A stretch of 64,000 bases of DNA from Octopus sinensis (Eukaryota). The notes below the pieces were generated by a model. That model was not told the DNA's origin and did not search any database. It worked only from the letters and a program-made list of their open reading frames with translations. The stretch lies in NCBI RefSeq assembly GCF_006345805.1, contig NC_043018.1, positions 13,826,001-13,890,000 of the forward strand, given 5' to 3'. The position numbers and the translations under genes are program-made. Positions 12,550-25,219 of this stretch are shown here, piece by piece. The number at the start of each line of letters is the position of its first letter. Within the stretch, counting starts at the first letter, position 1.

Positions 12550-12918
12550 AGGTATGTGTGTGTGTGTGTGGTAGCAACAGATGATGCACACACTCATGCA
12601 TTTCTTTTACATGTGTGCATACATACATTATATATATGTGTGTGTGTGTCGTAGAAGCGCAATGGCCAAGTGATTAGGGCAGCGTCTCGTGGTGGTGGGG
12701 GGATAGCGGATTCGATCCCAGAGTGGGCGTTGTGAGTTTTTATTGTGCGAAAACAGATGCTACCGATTGATGGAGGGAGGGAGAGAGCTTATGTGTACAC
12801 GAACATTTGATCACTATAAACAAATCATCTGTGTGGTTGTTCGGTAAGAAATTGTGAGAACACTCATACGTCGTCTAACGACGGGTGAGTCTCTCATATA
12901 TACGCATGCGCGCGCACA
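11674..12918. repeat. Large near-perfect inverted repeat, arms 11674-12038 and 12554-12918
   Basis: About 365-bp arms, only a handful of differences by eye, about 515-bp spacer; flanking microsatellites are mirrored too. Confidence 0.9.
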
Positions 12919-12984
12919 ACACGCAACGCACGCGCGCGCGCACACACATCTATCTATATATATATATATATATATAATATATAT

Positions 12985-13016
<32 letters not shown>

Positions 13017-13022
13017 CAAAAA

Positions 13023-13060
13023 CTGTCCGATGAACGGCAACGGGAAACTCAGAGTAACAG
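13023..13060 (+). ncRNA. Second identical copy of the 9899-9936 hammerhead-like motif
   Basis: ctgtccgatgaacggcaacgggaaactcagagtaacag identical; the shared downstream sequence runs into (TA)n. Confidence 0.5.
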
Positions 13061-13092
13061 GTTTTGTTGAATTTTCTGCTGCTTTAAATAAA

Positions 13093-13131
<39 letters not shown>

Positions 13132-13806
13132 TACACACGCCTGTACAGTTGTGTATATGTGCATGTATAATTGTAAGCATTATCAGGTATATACATTCTT
13201 TGGGGTTTTATGGTTAGAATTTCTTAACACGACGATTGAAGTAGATTCTGACACCTAACAGGGTGTCTGTTATATAATTTATGAACTTACGTATGCATTT
13301 ATATATGTATGTATGCATTTACGTACGCATTAATGGCTGCATGCATTTAGATTTTGTATATATATATATATATATATAATTAATCTATATGCTAAAGTAT
13401 TTAATGCTTGCCCATCTCCATACGAGCGTACTTGGAATGTAAACGTGTATATATGAATACATATATGTATCTCTGATTAATTCGTTTTACACTGTACATG
13501 ATATGGGCCATGTAACAAAGTAGAATGTTAAAATTTGATGTTAACGCGATTTGATTAAATATAACATGTATGCTTGTGTATAAGTATATTATGTGTACTG
13601 TCATATAAATGCATATAAATATATATCTATGCATGTATCTATCTATCATCTATCTATTTTTCTACCATTCTCTCTCCTCGCCCTGTATGTATATGTATAA
13701 TGTGGTACATACATACATACGTATATATATACATATATATATATATATAATATATATATATATACAATATATATATATATATATTATATATATATACACA
13801 TTTTAT

Positions 13807-13844
<38 letters not shown>

Positions 13845-14578
13845 TATATATATATATATATATATAAACACACACAGACATCTGCAGGCGCACTATACAC
13901 ACATGCGTACTTATAAATAAATACATACATATATATATTCCGCTTTAAAATACAACTAACGGTATTCTCAGGCTTTAGAAGGTGTCGATCAAATCAGCAT
14001 AATTGATCAATGATATGAAATCCTAATTGAGGTTACAATGACCAAATATTCAGAGCAGAGTTTAACATTTGCGTTGGACCAGAGGAACATTCACAGAATT
14101 TAATGGGAACCGTACGCGTTCCTTTATGCATTTGCAAGTATATTCTACATTAAAACGCCTGACGTTAGACCATTGTCCATAACCTGGATACCTGGAAGAT
14201 GCGTTTCCTGTAGAACATGTATGGTGGTCTGTTGTTTGAATGGTGTTAATTAAACGTTAATTTTTAAATTTTCGTGATTTTCTTTCTTTTGTGGGGGCGA
14301 GAGGTGTCTTAGGTTATGCGTTTGATGCCATTCGGTGGAACCATCGAGGACTCTATAAAATATTTTATCATTAACTTTGATTTCGTCTCTCTAACGAGTG
14401 CGTTCTTGCAATCGAAACGGTCTAAGGAATTTCCATTTAGAACATATATTAGAATATATTCGTTATTTGCTTATGTCTGTCTCGTCATCTCGGGGATTTT
14501 AGGATTTTAGCACAATTGTGCAGGATATATATATATATATATATATATAGCATATACATACGGAGACACACGCACACA

Positions 14579-14678
14579 NNNNNNNNNNNNNNNNNNNNNN
14601 NNNNNNNNNNNNNNNNNNNNNNNNNNNNNNNNNNNNNNNNNNNNNNNNNNNNNNNNNNNNNNNNNNNNNNNNNNNNNN
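14579..14678. other. Assembly gap (100 N)
   Basis: Run of n characters. Confidence 1.
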
Positions 14679-14902
14679 AATATATACGTCTATGTCTATA
14701 TATAAATATATACATGCGTATGTATACACACACGCACACACATATATATACTGTTCAAATTTACAGAAGACTAAAGACGAAGACAGGTGTAGGAACAACA
14801 AGCAAGTATAGTAGTTTAACACTCGAGTAGAATGGAAAAGTCTTCCCAGTTTCGAGCCTACGCATTTCTATAAGATTGATAGGGAAAATGGAGAGAATAT
14901 AC

Positions 14903-14981
<79 letters not shown>

Positions 14982-14999
14982 TACTGCATTTTAGTCCCA

Positions 15000-15365
15000 G
15001 GAAAACATTTTTTCCAGCTGGCTACCGACACATGATCTGTGTCCGTAGGACTGCCACGTTGCACTGGCAAATGGACTCTAATGTACGGTACCTTGCAGTA
15101 CAGTAATGTCACTACATATTTATCTCTCAGAGATATAAAACAAGTTGTTTTTTCTTTACGAGAAAAATGTATAATGTGAGCAAGAGCGAATGGCTGCTAT
15201 CTCTAGACGGCGGTTTTCCTGTACCGACGAAGGGAATTTGCCCAGAAACCATTGATGCACAGGTATCACTACGGCTAGAAGGGTGGGTAGGGGCAGTAGA
15301 CTCCCTTGCTCACAGTATACGGACACAGATAATGTGTCGGTAGCCAGCTGGAAAAGAGGTTTTCC
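15000..15365. mobile_element. MITE-like element with about 53-bp terminal inverted repeats
   Basis: ggaaaacattttttccagctggctaccgacacatgatctgtgtccgta (from 15000) versus tacggacacagataatgtgtcggtagccagctggaaaagaggttttcc (to 15365); no coding capacity; no TSD seen. Confidence 0.6.
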
Positions 15366-15611
15366 AGCGGCTTATACAATATATTATCATTAAATATTGG
15401 GCGACTTAATTTACTGCAACCTTCTCGCCAAAAGCAAGCATAGAAGTTAATCTTATAAACCTTTACTGAAACATTCTAAAGGAAGCAAGTGGTCGCGTAA
15501 GATTCGTCAGGGAAGTATGTCCCACCCCTTTTTTTGTTGTTGGTATTGGTTTCGAATATCTACACTCAGATTTACATTCGACGGATATTTGTCCTCATCG
15601 TGTTTGTTGTT

Positions 15612-15657
15612 AACACAACGTTTCGGCTGATATACTCTCCAGCCTTCTTCAGGTGTC
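15612..15657 (-). ncRNA. Minimal type-I hammerhead ribozyme motif, core intact
   Basis: Minus: GACAC CTGAAGA a GGCTG gagagtatat CAGCC GAA ACGT T GTGTT: stem I 5 bp, stem II 5 bp, palindromic stem III ACGU, GUU triplet. Confidence 0.7.
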
Positions 15658-15664
15658 TTGGGGA

Positions 15665-15775
15665 AATTTCGAACCTGGGTTCACATTCCTAAGGAATGAG
15701 AACCCAGGTTCGAAATTCCTAAGGAATGAGAACTCAGGTTCGAAATTCCTAAGGAATGAGAACCCAGGCGAAATT
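15665..15775. repeat. 25-bp palindrome overlapping a 30-bp tandem repeat x3
   Basis: aatttcgaacctgggttcacattcc-taa-ggaatgagaacccaggttcgaaatt, then unit cctaaggaatgagaacccaggttcgaaatt at 15688, 15718 and 15748. Confidence 0.9.
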
Positions 15776-15925
15776 TGAACTCAGAACGGACGAAATAACA
15801 CAAAGCATTTCGCCCGGCGTGCTAACGTTTCTGCCAGCTCGCTGTCTTTCTTCTCCTTCTCTTTATCCTTCTCTCTCTCACTCTATTTCTCTGTCTCTGT
15901 CTCTGTCTGTCTCTCTGTCTCTGTC

Positions 15926-15969
<44 letters not shown>

Positions 15970-16491
15970 CTTTTCTTTATAACACTCACACATTTTTCAT
16001 AGAATCACTATCAGGTTATTAGACAAGGAAAGTGTGTTTGTTGTAATTTAAAAGGAAATTGGCAGCCATTTCTCGTACGTTGTGAAGTGCGTTGAGGCTA
16101 TCTTCATACACTTGATCCATGTATCGTTAGCTTGTATTGAATTCGAATTCTACCTTTTTCAAATGGAATCAGACTCCGGCCACAATATAAAGGCGGCTAG
16201 TAAACAAGATATGCTTCTACAATATTTACTGATCTGCTAGAAATCGCTGTCAAAACTTCCTCAAATCACTCAGGACTGTTTTATGAAGGAAAAAGAGATG
16301 CAGTGAACGATTCAATCCTTGTTATACACAAAGATGCAATGGTCACGACTGAAGCACTTCTATCATATGTTTGCATCAAAAAGTCTCATTTAGATATAAA
16401 TAACGGAAATAACAATAACAACAACAAAAGATGGCATCACTCTCTTATTTTCAAAGATTGAATCATGGCAGGTAGAATGCTTATGATCATA

Positions 16492-16996
16492 TCTATCATA
16501 TATAATATCTGTTCTGTCTGTCTGCGTGTGTGTCTTCTACGATCTCGGGCATCCCCCATCCGATTGCGCGCAAATTTGATATGTAGATACCGACGGTATC
16601 AGGGCGTGTGTAAGTCTTGAAAAAATTACAAAAATCGATTCCAGGTGAGAATGCGATCGATAAAGCCGTGGGAACGTGCATTTGTACGCGCAAGTACATC
16701 AGCTGTTGCGACGTACTTACTGATACTTTAAACTCTTTGGTAGCATATTTATGTGAATAAAATCGTCTTTCTTTGGAATAGAAAAAAAGTCTATCTTTAT
16801 TTCTTCTTTTGCTGGTGTCTCAAATTTAGGTTAAATCAGTGTTTCTCAAAGGGGAGGCCTATGGGACGGTCGGACAAGTTGTTTTGAGAAAATTTGGTTT
16901 AAATGTTTGACAACTCAGCACCGTCCATTGGACAGGGGGACGTTTTGCTCGTGTTTACTAAAGACAAAACCTGAGCGGGACTGGTATAACCGCTAA
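16492..16996 (+). mobile_element. Non-autonomous Helitron-like element, near full-length
   Basis: 5' A|TC plus (ctgt)n; 3' hairpin agcgg...ccgct followed by CTAA (degenerate CTAG); second copy at 10628. Confidence 0.65.
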
Positions 16997-17121
16997 CAGT
17001 ATAACGATATCGCTTTCAAATTTTGGCAGAAGATCAGCACGTTTGGAGAAAGGGCTCAGTCGATTACATCGATCCTAGTACTCATCTGGTGTTTATTTTA
17101 TCGACCCCGAAAGGATAAAAG

Positions 17122-17293
17122 GCGCAGGAGTGGCTGTGTGGTAAGTAGCTTGCTAACCAGCCACATGGTTCCGGGTTCAGTCCCACTGCGTGGCATCTTG
17201 GGCAAGTGTCTTCTGCTAATAGCCCCGGGCCGATCAAAGCCTTGTGAGTGGATTTTGTAGACGGAAACTGAAAAGAAGCCTGTCGTATATATG

Positions 17294-17328
<35 letters not shown>

Positions 17329-17545
17329 TTGTGTCTCTGTGTTTGTCCCCCTAGCATTGCCTGACAACCGATGCTGGTGTGCTTACGTCCCCGTCACTTG
17401 CGGTTCGGCAAAAGAGACCGATAGAATAAGTACTGGGCTTACAAATAATAAGTTCCGGGGTTGCGTTGGTCGACTAAAGGCGGTGCTCCAGTATGGCCGC
17501 AGTCAAATGACTGAAACAAGTAAAAGAGTAAAAGAGAGTAAAGAG
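17122..17545 (+). mobile_element. SINE family B inserted into a minus-strand SINE A
   Basis: SINE A sequence ...gaaaggataaaaggc precedes it and resumes as ...agtcgac after the (aaagagt)n tail. Confidence 0.8.
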
Positions 17546-17882
17546 TATAGTCGACACCTCAGAACTTACAGACGAACGAGATCCCGCGCAGTATTTTACC
17601 CGGCCTGCTAACGATTGTGCCAACTCACCGCCTAAATAATATTGGTTTTAAATTTTGGTACAAGGCTAACAATTTCGGGGAAGGGGCAAGTCAATTACAA
17701 CGACTCTAGTATTCTGCTGGTACTTATTTTATCGACCCCGAAGGTATGAAAGGAATAGTTGACCTCTGTGAAATTTGAATTCAGAACGTAAAAACTAAGT
17801 ATTTCACCGGACCTGCTAACAATTCTGCCAGATCGCCGTCTTAATAATATTGAAAATATTAATAAACTCTAACATAACAGAG

Positions 17883-17916
<34 letters not shown>

Positions 17917-17917
17917 A

Positions 17918-17984
<67 letters not shown>

Positions 17985-18409
17985 TCTCATATAGCAGTGG
18001 GACTGAACCCCGAACCCTGTGGCTTAGAAGGAAGCTTTATTAGTTTTTAGGAGGACAAGTTTGAAAGACAATTCAAGATTTCGGTTTAATAGGAGTCGTT
18101 TAACAGTTAGCTAAGGTCAAAGTCAAAATTTACTGAGTTTATTATACTAAGGCAGAATAAATAAGTATCTTGCTTTGTCTGCATAAATTTCCGAATTCAA
18201 TTCCACCACGAACGACCTTGGACAATGTTATTGTTCGTATCTTCGGGTCAACACATACTGGGTACCCGAAAACTGTAGAGAAGCCCATCGAGTGGATTCT
18301 ACCTGGAACATACATTCTGTGTTATAATGATTCCATCTCAGAAGTACGTTTACGCCATATAGCTACGGAATATTCAGACACTTACAAGTTTATTCGAAAT
18401 AGCAAGAAA

Positions 18410-18640
18410 GGCGGCGAGATGGCAGAAACGTTAGCACGCCGGGCGAAATGCGTAGCCGTATTTCGTCTGCCGTTACGTTTTGAGTTCAAATTCCGGCGAG
18501 GTCGACTTTGCCTTTCATCCTTTCGGGGTCGATAAATTAAGTACCAGTTACGCACGGGGGGCCATATAATCGACTTAATCCCTTTGTCTGTCCTTGTTTG
18601 TCCCCTCTATGTTTAGCCCCTTGTGGACAGTAAAGAAATA
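18410..18640 (+). mobile_element. SINE family A, full-length
   Basis: Matches the family A consensus from head to aaagaaata tail. Confidence 0.85.
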
Positions 18641-18675
18641 AGAAACGCAGCTGACCAAGGCAAATGCAGAGCCAT

Positions 18676-18724
<49 letters not shown>

Positions 18725-19040
18725 GGACGGTAGTTTAGTCGTAATTGTATTCGGTTCACGATCGTAATGTCATTAGCTCGAAACCCGGCGGGGCGTGTCG
18801 TCCTTGATCGGGGCACTTTATTTCACGTCAATGCACTACACGCAGCTGTCAACAAGGAGTGGTACCTGTGTTACAAAGGGCCGACCTTGTCACATTCAAG
18901 GGTCAAGTGGAACTCAACTCGTCGTAGTTACCGACGGAGTACCATATGTACACACACACACACACACACACACACATATCTTATTTTGCTCGAGTCAGTC
19001 CCCTGCTACTCGAAATTTCATCTGCGTGTGCACGGGATCT

Positions 19041-19270
19041 ATTTCTTTATTGCCCACTAGGGGCTAAACACAGAGAGGACAAACAAGGACAGACAAACAG
19101 ATTAAGTCGATTACATCGACCCCAGTGCGTAACTGGTACTTATTTAATCGACCCCGAAAGGATGAAAGGCAAAGTCGGCCTCGGCGGAATTTGAACTCAG
19201 AACGTAGCTGCAGACGAAATACGGCTACGCATTTCGCCTGGCGTGCTAACGTTTCTGCCAGCTCGCCGCC
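19041..19270 (-). mobile_element. SINE family A, full-length, inverted relative to 18410
   Basis: Matches the family A consensus on the minus strand. Confidence 0.85.
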
Positions 19271-20032
19271 AGGATCGTCAGGTAAGTTATGACCCAAGGC
19301 AAGTCATAACTTGCCTGAAGGTACTGTGCACCAACAGGCAAAACTTGGAGTAGCAACAGACTGATTCGGCCGAAATAAAGTATCTTGTTAATCTCTACCA
19401 CCGTACCGAGTTGTCTTCTATTCGAACAGTCAACCCGACCGAAGCGGAAACATCTATATAAATATGTGTATGTGTGTGTGTGTGAGTGAGTGTGTGTTTT
19501 TACTATATGCTTGTGTGTGCGTGTTTGTGCGCGGGCGTGGGTGTGTACGGGTACCCTTTAAAAATAGACTGTGTTAATGTTAAAGAATCAATAACGCATA
19601 ATAGCATGAAAAGAAAAAGTGAGAACAGTTTTTGCGTAGGCTGCAAGTTTATAATTGATCGAAGGCGCGTAGGTGGTTGTAATGTACATCCATATATCTG
19701 TGAAAAGATTGAAAAAAAAGCTGCCACTAAAACTGAATGTATAACTTAGTGGTTCGCAGTTTGCATAATTATGGTGGCGTGATGGTGAAAAATAGAACCG
19801 ATTGAAGACAAACATGCAGCATAGAACTGTGTGTAAAGTGTTTCAGGGATCGATCTTGTGCAGAGGGCCTAGTAATAATATATTCCCATTGTCAGACACT
19901 TCGTTTGAGAAAACGAGATATAATATAGGTATATCTATCTATCTATCTATATACTCTTTTACTCGTTTCAGCCATGCAGCTGTGGCCATGCTGGAGTACC
20001 CCCATGGTCTTTCTGACTTCTTTTGGCTGGGT

Positions 20033-20072
<40 letters not shown>

Positions 20073-20112
20073 CTCTCTCTCTCTCACACACATAGTATAT
20101 AAGAGCAGGTAC

Positions 20113-20147
<35 letters not shown>

Positions 20148-20864
20148 CACACACACTCATAGATATAGATATAGTACATGTGTTTGCATGCACACTATAT
20201 AGGTATTATTTATATATACACGCATTATATAATAGTATATATATATACATGTGTGTATGTATATTGGCTAAATGTATCTATATTATGTGTATACATATAT
20301 GTAGACAGACAATTTTATTTGTGGTTTTATGTATATATATATATATGGACTTGATGCGCGGTAGAAGGACTTGGGTCTGTTTAAAAGAGATTGTTGTCTG
20401 GAAATTGACACAATCAGATTAGAAATCATAGACTTCCATATTGCTTACATTACTACTACTAATGCTACCACAACTACTAGCAGTATTTTTAATTATATAT
20501 ACTAGTTTTGGGCCCAAGGTTAAAACATTTGAGAGGATTGCAGCGAAGCCAATACTTCATTCCGACTTTATTTTATCGACCCCGAAATAGTGAAATGCAA
20601 ATTTGACGATGGCGGAATTTGAACTGAGAGCAGAAGAAATGCCGATAAGCATTTTGCCCAACGCTCTAACGATTCTGCCAGCTCGATTCTTGTTATTGGT
20701 ACAATGATAGCGAATGACATTTGTATCTAACAGGGAACTTATATTCAACACAGGATGGTAAAATGTGGCAGGGAATAAAACTCGGAATGTAGATGCTAAA
20801 CACAAGCTATAAAAGCATTTTGTTCGCAGCACTACCCACTTTGTAAAACCATAACTCTTTAATA

Positions 20865-21400
20865 TTTTTCCTGCCTTTTACCCTCCAACGCAGAGTATAG
20901 GCCACTTATAATTGAATCCCGTGTCGCATAATTTTTCGCTTCTGTACTTATACTCTGCCATGAATGTCCCCCTTTCTCTAGTTCCCTTTGTGTTGATCTA
21001 CGTCATGAGTTCTTAGGCCTATTTCTCCTTCTACATCTAACCGGTTTCCACTTTAAAGCCCTTTTCGCTATATTTGGTGTGTCTTTCTTTTCTAATTGTG
21101 TTACCAATCTACTTCCACTTTTTCTTAAATATTTGCTCCCTAATCGAAACTTGATTTGTTCTTTGCCATAGCTCCATATTGCTTATGTGTTGGGGCCATC
21201 TAATTTTAAGTACACTACGCAAGCATCTGTTGATGAATGATTGTATTTGCTTATTTGACTTAACTGTTGTTCGCCATGTCTCAGCCCCATACAAATAACA
21301 CCGCTTTTGCGTTTGTGTTAAAAACTCTTATTTTGTTCTTTATTGAAATTACACTTGCGCTCCATGCTTTCTATTGAAATTTTAACAAATTTCTACATCT
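20865..21400 (-). pseudogene. RTE-type LINE 3' remnant (post-RT C-terminal region)
   Basis: KIRVFNTNAKAVL/YGAETWRTTVKSNKQIQSFINRCLRSVLKIRWPQHISNMELWQRTNQ...KWK*IGNTIRK...ALKWKP...RPKNS; typical RTE C-terminal motifs with stops and a frameshift. Confidence 0.85.
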
Positions 21401-21654
21401 ACTCAAGTTGTCAAGTGGTACTTATTTTACCGACTCCGAAAGGATAAATGAAGAGGTCGACCTCGGCGGAATTTGAATTCAGAATGCAAAGATGGACGAA
21501 ATTCCGCGAAGCATTTTACTCCGTATAATCTCGATTCTGCCATCTCACTCCCTGCCTCACTCTGTAATTTTGCTTAATGATTGTTTCGAAAAGAGGGACA
21601 CATTCAGAAATCCAGGGGAAGCGGGTTTGTTGATTATTACGCCCTTTTGTATAT

Positions 21655-22050
21655 TACTCTTTTACTTGTTTCAGACATTTGACTGCGACCGTGCTGGAGC
21701 ACCACCTTTAGTCGAGCAAATCAACCCCAGGACTTATTCTGTGTAAGCCTAGTACTTATTCTATCGGTCTCTTTTGCTGAACCGCTAAGTTACGGGGACG
21801 TAAACACACCAGCATCGGTTGTCAAGCGATGTTAGGGAGGGGGGACAAATACAGACACACAAACATATACACACACATACATATATATGACGGGCTTCTT
21901 TCAGTTTCTGTCTACCAAATCCACTCATAAGTCTTTGGTCGGCCCGAGGCCATATTAGAAGACACTTGCCCAAGGTGCCACGCAGTGGGACTGCACCCAG
22001 AAGCATGTGGTTGGTAAGCAAGCTACTTACCACACATCCACTCCTGCGTC
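21655..22050 (-). mobile_element. SINE family B copy
   Basis: Reverse complement of the family B consensus. Confidence 0.85.
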
Positions 22051-22211
22051 TAGTACTGGTACTTAATTTTATGAAGTGCGGTAATGAATAAAAGGCAAAT
22101 TTGACCAAAGCGATATTTTAGTTCAGAGTGCACTGGAAGAAGACCCCTGAGGTATTTTGTCACGCTCTGATCATTAAAAGCAACCCAAAGTTCATAACAA
22201 TGATGATGATG

Positions 22212-22279
<68 letters not shown>

Positions 22280-22794
22280 GGCTTCTGATCATAACTGATT
22301 GGAAGTGCTATCATGTACATTGTTTTGTTTTAGTATAAAAGATGGGCTACAGCAAATATTCTGCTTAATACCACAGATTTGCTTGTCTGTTGTTTGACCT
22401 TAACCAGTTGAGCATGTCCCTTAGTGGCTGACGATATGTGCATCTCTGATCACGAGCAGAAGTGGTTGGGGAGCATCATAGCCATGTGTTGAGGGGGATT
22501 CTTTGGGGTTTGAATAATTCACCTCTGGAAACATGGGTGTTTCGTTCAACGTCCGTAAACAATCCTTATTCAGTGACCTTTTGAGCAGGATGGGCTACTC
22601 AACCTAAAGAAAATTCTAACTGGGCCCTACCTGCAAGGTCATGTGCTGTTTATATGAGATCACCATGTCCCGCACATATGGTTGTGATGCATGGGCCTGG
22701 TGTACCCTTATAAGACGGGTAGTCATGATGGGTATACTGGGCTTCATATATTTTACTCCAGTGTCACTTTGTTGGCATGCACTGCTCTCTCGCT
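22280..22794 (+). mobile_element. About 515-bp insertion within a (TAA)n array; probable non-LTR retrotransposon 3' end (Dong/R4-like by inference)
   Basis: Flanked on both sides by (TAA)n (22199-22279 and 22795-22822); no ORF; family assignment is inference only. Confidence 0.4.
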
Positions 22795-23976
22795 TAATAA
22801 TGATAATAATAATAATAATAAAATAATGGTTTCAAATTTTGGAAAACTACCAGCAGTTGCGGAAAGGGTAAAATCTATGTAATCAGTCTAACTGGTCCTT
22901 AACTGGTTCTCATTTCATCGACTCTGAAAGGATGGAATGTAAATTCGGCCTCAGCAGAATTTCAACGAAGAACGTAAAAAATCAGATGATTCGCTGCAAA
23001 GTATTTTGTCCGGCATCTTGATGACTCAGCCATAGTAATATTATTAATTATGTTGATTCAGACAATAGTAGTAGTAGTAGTAATAATAATAATAATAATA
23101 AGTATTATTATTATTTACACTTTTTCTCAAAAGGGCAGCTTGGGGGAGGTAGGGATGAGTCGATTTATATCTACCCCACTCTTCAACTGGTACTTATCCT
23201 ATCGACCTCGGCGAAATTTCTACTCAGAGCGTATGACGGGTAAAATACTGCTAAGCATTTCGCCCGGCGTGCTAACGATTCTGCTACCTCATCGCTTTAA
23301 TAATGATGATAATAATAATATGATGATAATAATAATAATACTTTCTATTATAGGCACAAGGCCTGAAAATTAAGGGAGGGAGATAGGCGATTACATGGAC
23401 CCTAGTGTTTGTATCATAACGATGATACAAATAATAATGATAGAAGGAGAAATTCATCAATTTTTAGGGAGTTAGTTGATTATATCATCCCCAGTACTTC
23501 ACTTGTACTTTATCAACCCCCGAAATGAGGAAAGGCAATGTAGATAATAAGTTGCTATAGGGCAATAAAAGGAAGAGAGCTTAGCAAGGAAAAATGACAG
23601 TTTGAGCAGGAAATTTCTGAAAAATATGAGGAAGAAATCGACGATGGTGCTGAGGATGCTGATGAAAAAAGATGAAGAGGATGGCAATTATCTCTAACGT
23701 AGAGGCAAAGTCTCAGATGCTTCGGATGAGCATAGGGGATTAAATCGACCAGAGAACTTCATTGGTATCTTATTTTATCGGACCGAAAGCATACAAGGTA
23801 AAGTTGGCCTGGGCGAGATTTGAAATCAGAATGTAAAGAACCAAATTAAATAATAATCTTTCAAAGCACTTTGAAATGGGTCTGTTTTGATATCCGTAAC
23901 GTTCATGGATTAGGATGTGATGGGTTTTGCTGAAGGAAGCCCATACTCCTCCGCAATATCGTAATTGGATGCTTAC

Positions 23977-24065
23977 CCATAAGGGGAAGCTTCCTTGTGC
24001 GTCTGCCTCCAAAACCAGATGCAGAGATTTTGTTTCTGTTACACCAACATTTCCCCTTTTCTGTC
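23977..24065 (-). CDS. Candidate exon (QKRGNVGVTETKSLHLVLEADAQGSFPLW)
   Basis: Branch-like ctaac, acceptor tataatttacttag, donor tgg|gtaagc; 89 nt; two frames open. Confidence 0.3.
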
Positions 24066-24191
24066 CTAAGTAAATTATATGTTAGAATAACATTGGTATT
24101 AGTTAACATCACTCTGTACTCTTGGCCCCTAATATCAGTACACATACCTTGTGATTTACTGACTACATATGTGTATGTGCGCATGGGAGCT

Positions 24192-24227
<36 letters not shown>

Positions 24228-24423
24228 TGTGTGTGTGTATGTGTGTGTGTGGTGTGTATGTGTGTCTGTGTGTGTGTGTCTGTGTGTGTGTAGGTATGGA
24301 CATGCAAACTGGAAAAATAGATCTCTAAATATGTGTATATATATTTTTATTAATATTTCGCAGAAGCTGAATATGTGTGTGTGTATATCTATCTATCTAT
24401 CTATCTATGTACCTATCTATCTA

Positions 24424-24456
<33 letters not shown>

Positions 24457-24523
24457 GTCTATCTATCCAGCTATCTATCTCTCTCCCTCTCTCTGTCTGT
24501 CTCTCTGTCTGTCTCTCTGTCTC

Positions 24524-24575
<52 letters not shown>

Positions 24576-24602
24576 CATATATATTGGTTGTATATATAAT
24601 AA

Positions 24603-24651
<49 letters not shown>

Positions 24652-25185
24652 GTGTGTATATATATATATTTGTATGTATATATGTATGTATATATATATA
24701 CGTATATATGTGCATATATATATATATGTGTGTGTGTGTATGAATGACATATTTCTTAGAGGGGTCATGTGTATTAATTTCATAGATTCATTTTAATTGA
24801 TTATTTTTTCACGTAGCCCTTATAATGGGAGTACCCTATAAATATTCATGGACTTAGTTCGAAGGAAAATATAATCCCAACAACTTATTAAAAGATGCGC
24901 AAGATTTCTGTTAAGAGTTCTGTGTTAAGTTAGAAAGTTATTACTTTCTTTAGAACGGTAAATTAAAACAGGTAAAATACAGGTAGACAAGATTATATAA
25001 GAAGGGCGAAAGGAACAGAATAATATCGATAGTTAGGGAATAGGGATATGTGCATGTGCAAGGAGAGAGAGTGAGAGGGGCAATAGAAAAGGTAGAGTGA
25101 GGGGGAGAGAGGGAGAGAGAGAGAGAGGTGGAAATAAATTTATTTCATTTTGATCAGGTGCGGAGTAAAAAGAGCGAAGGGCAAT

Positions 25186-25219
<34 letters not shown>

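Noticed and set aside
15688-15775. CRISPR-like 30-bp repeats
   Set aside because: Units are contiguous with no spacers, there are no cas genes, and the context is eukaryotic.
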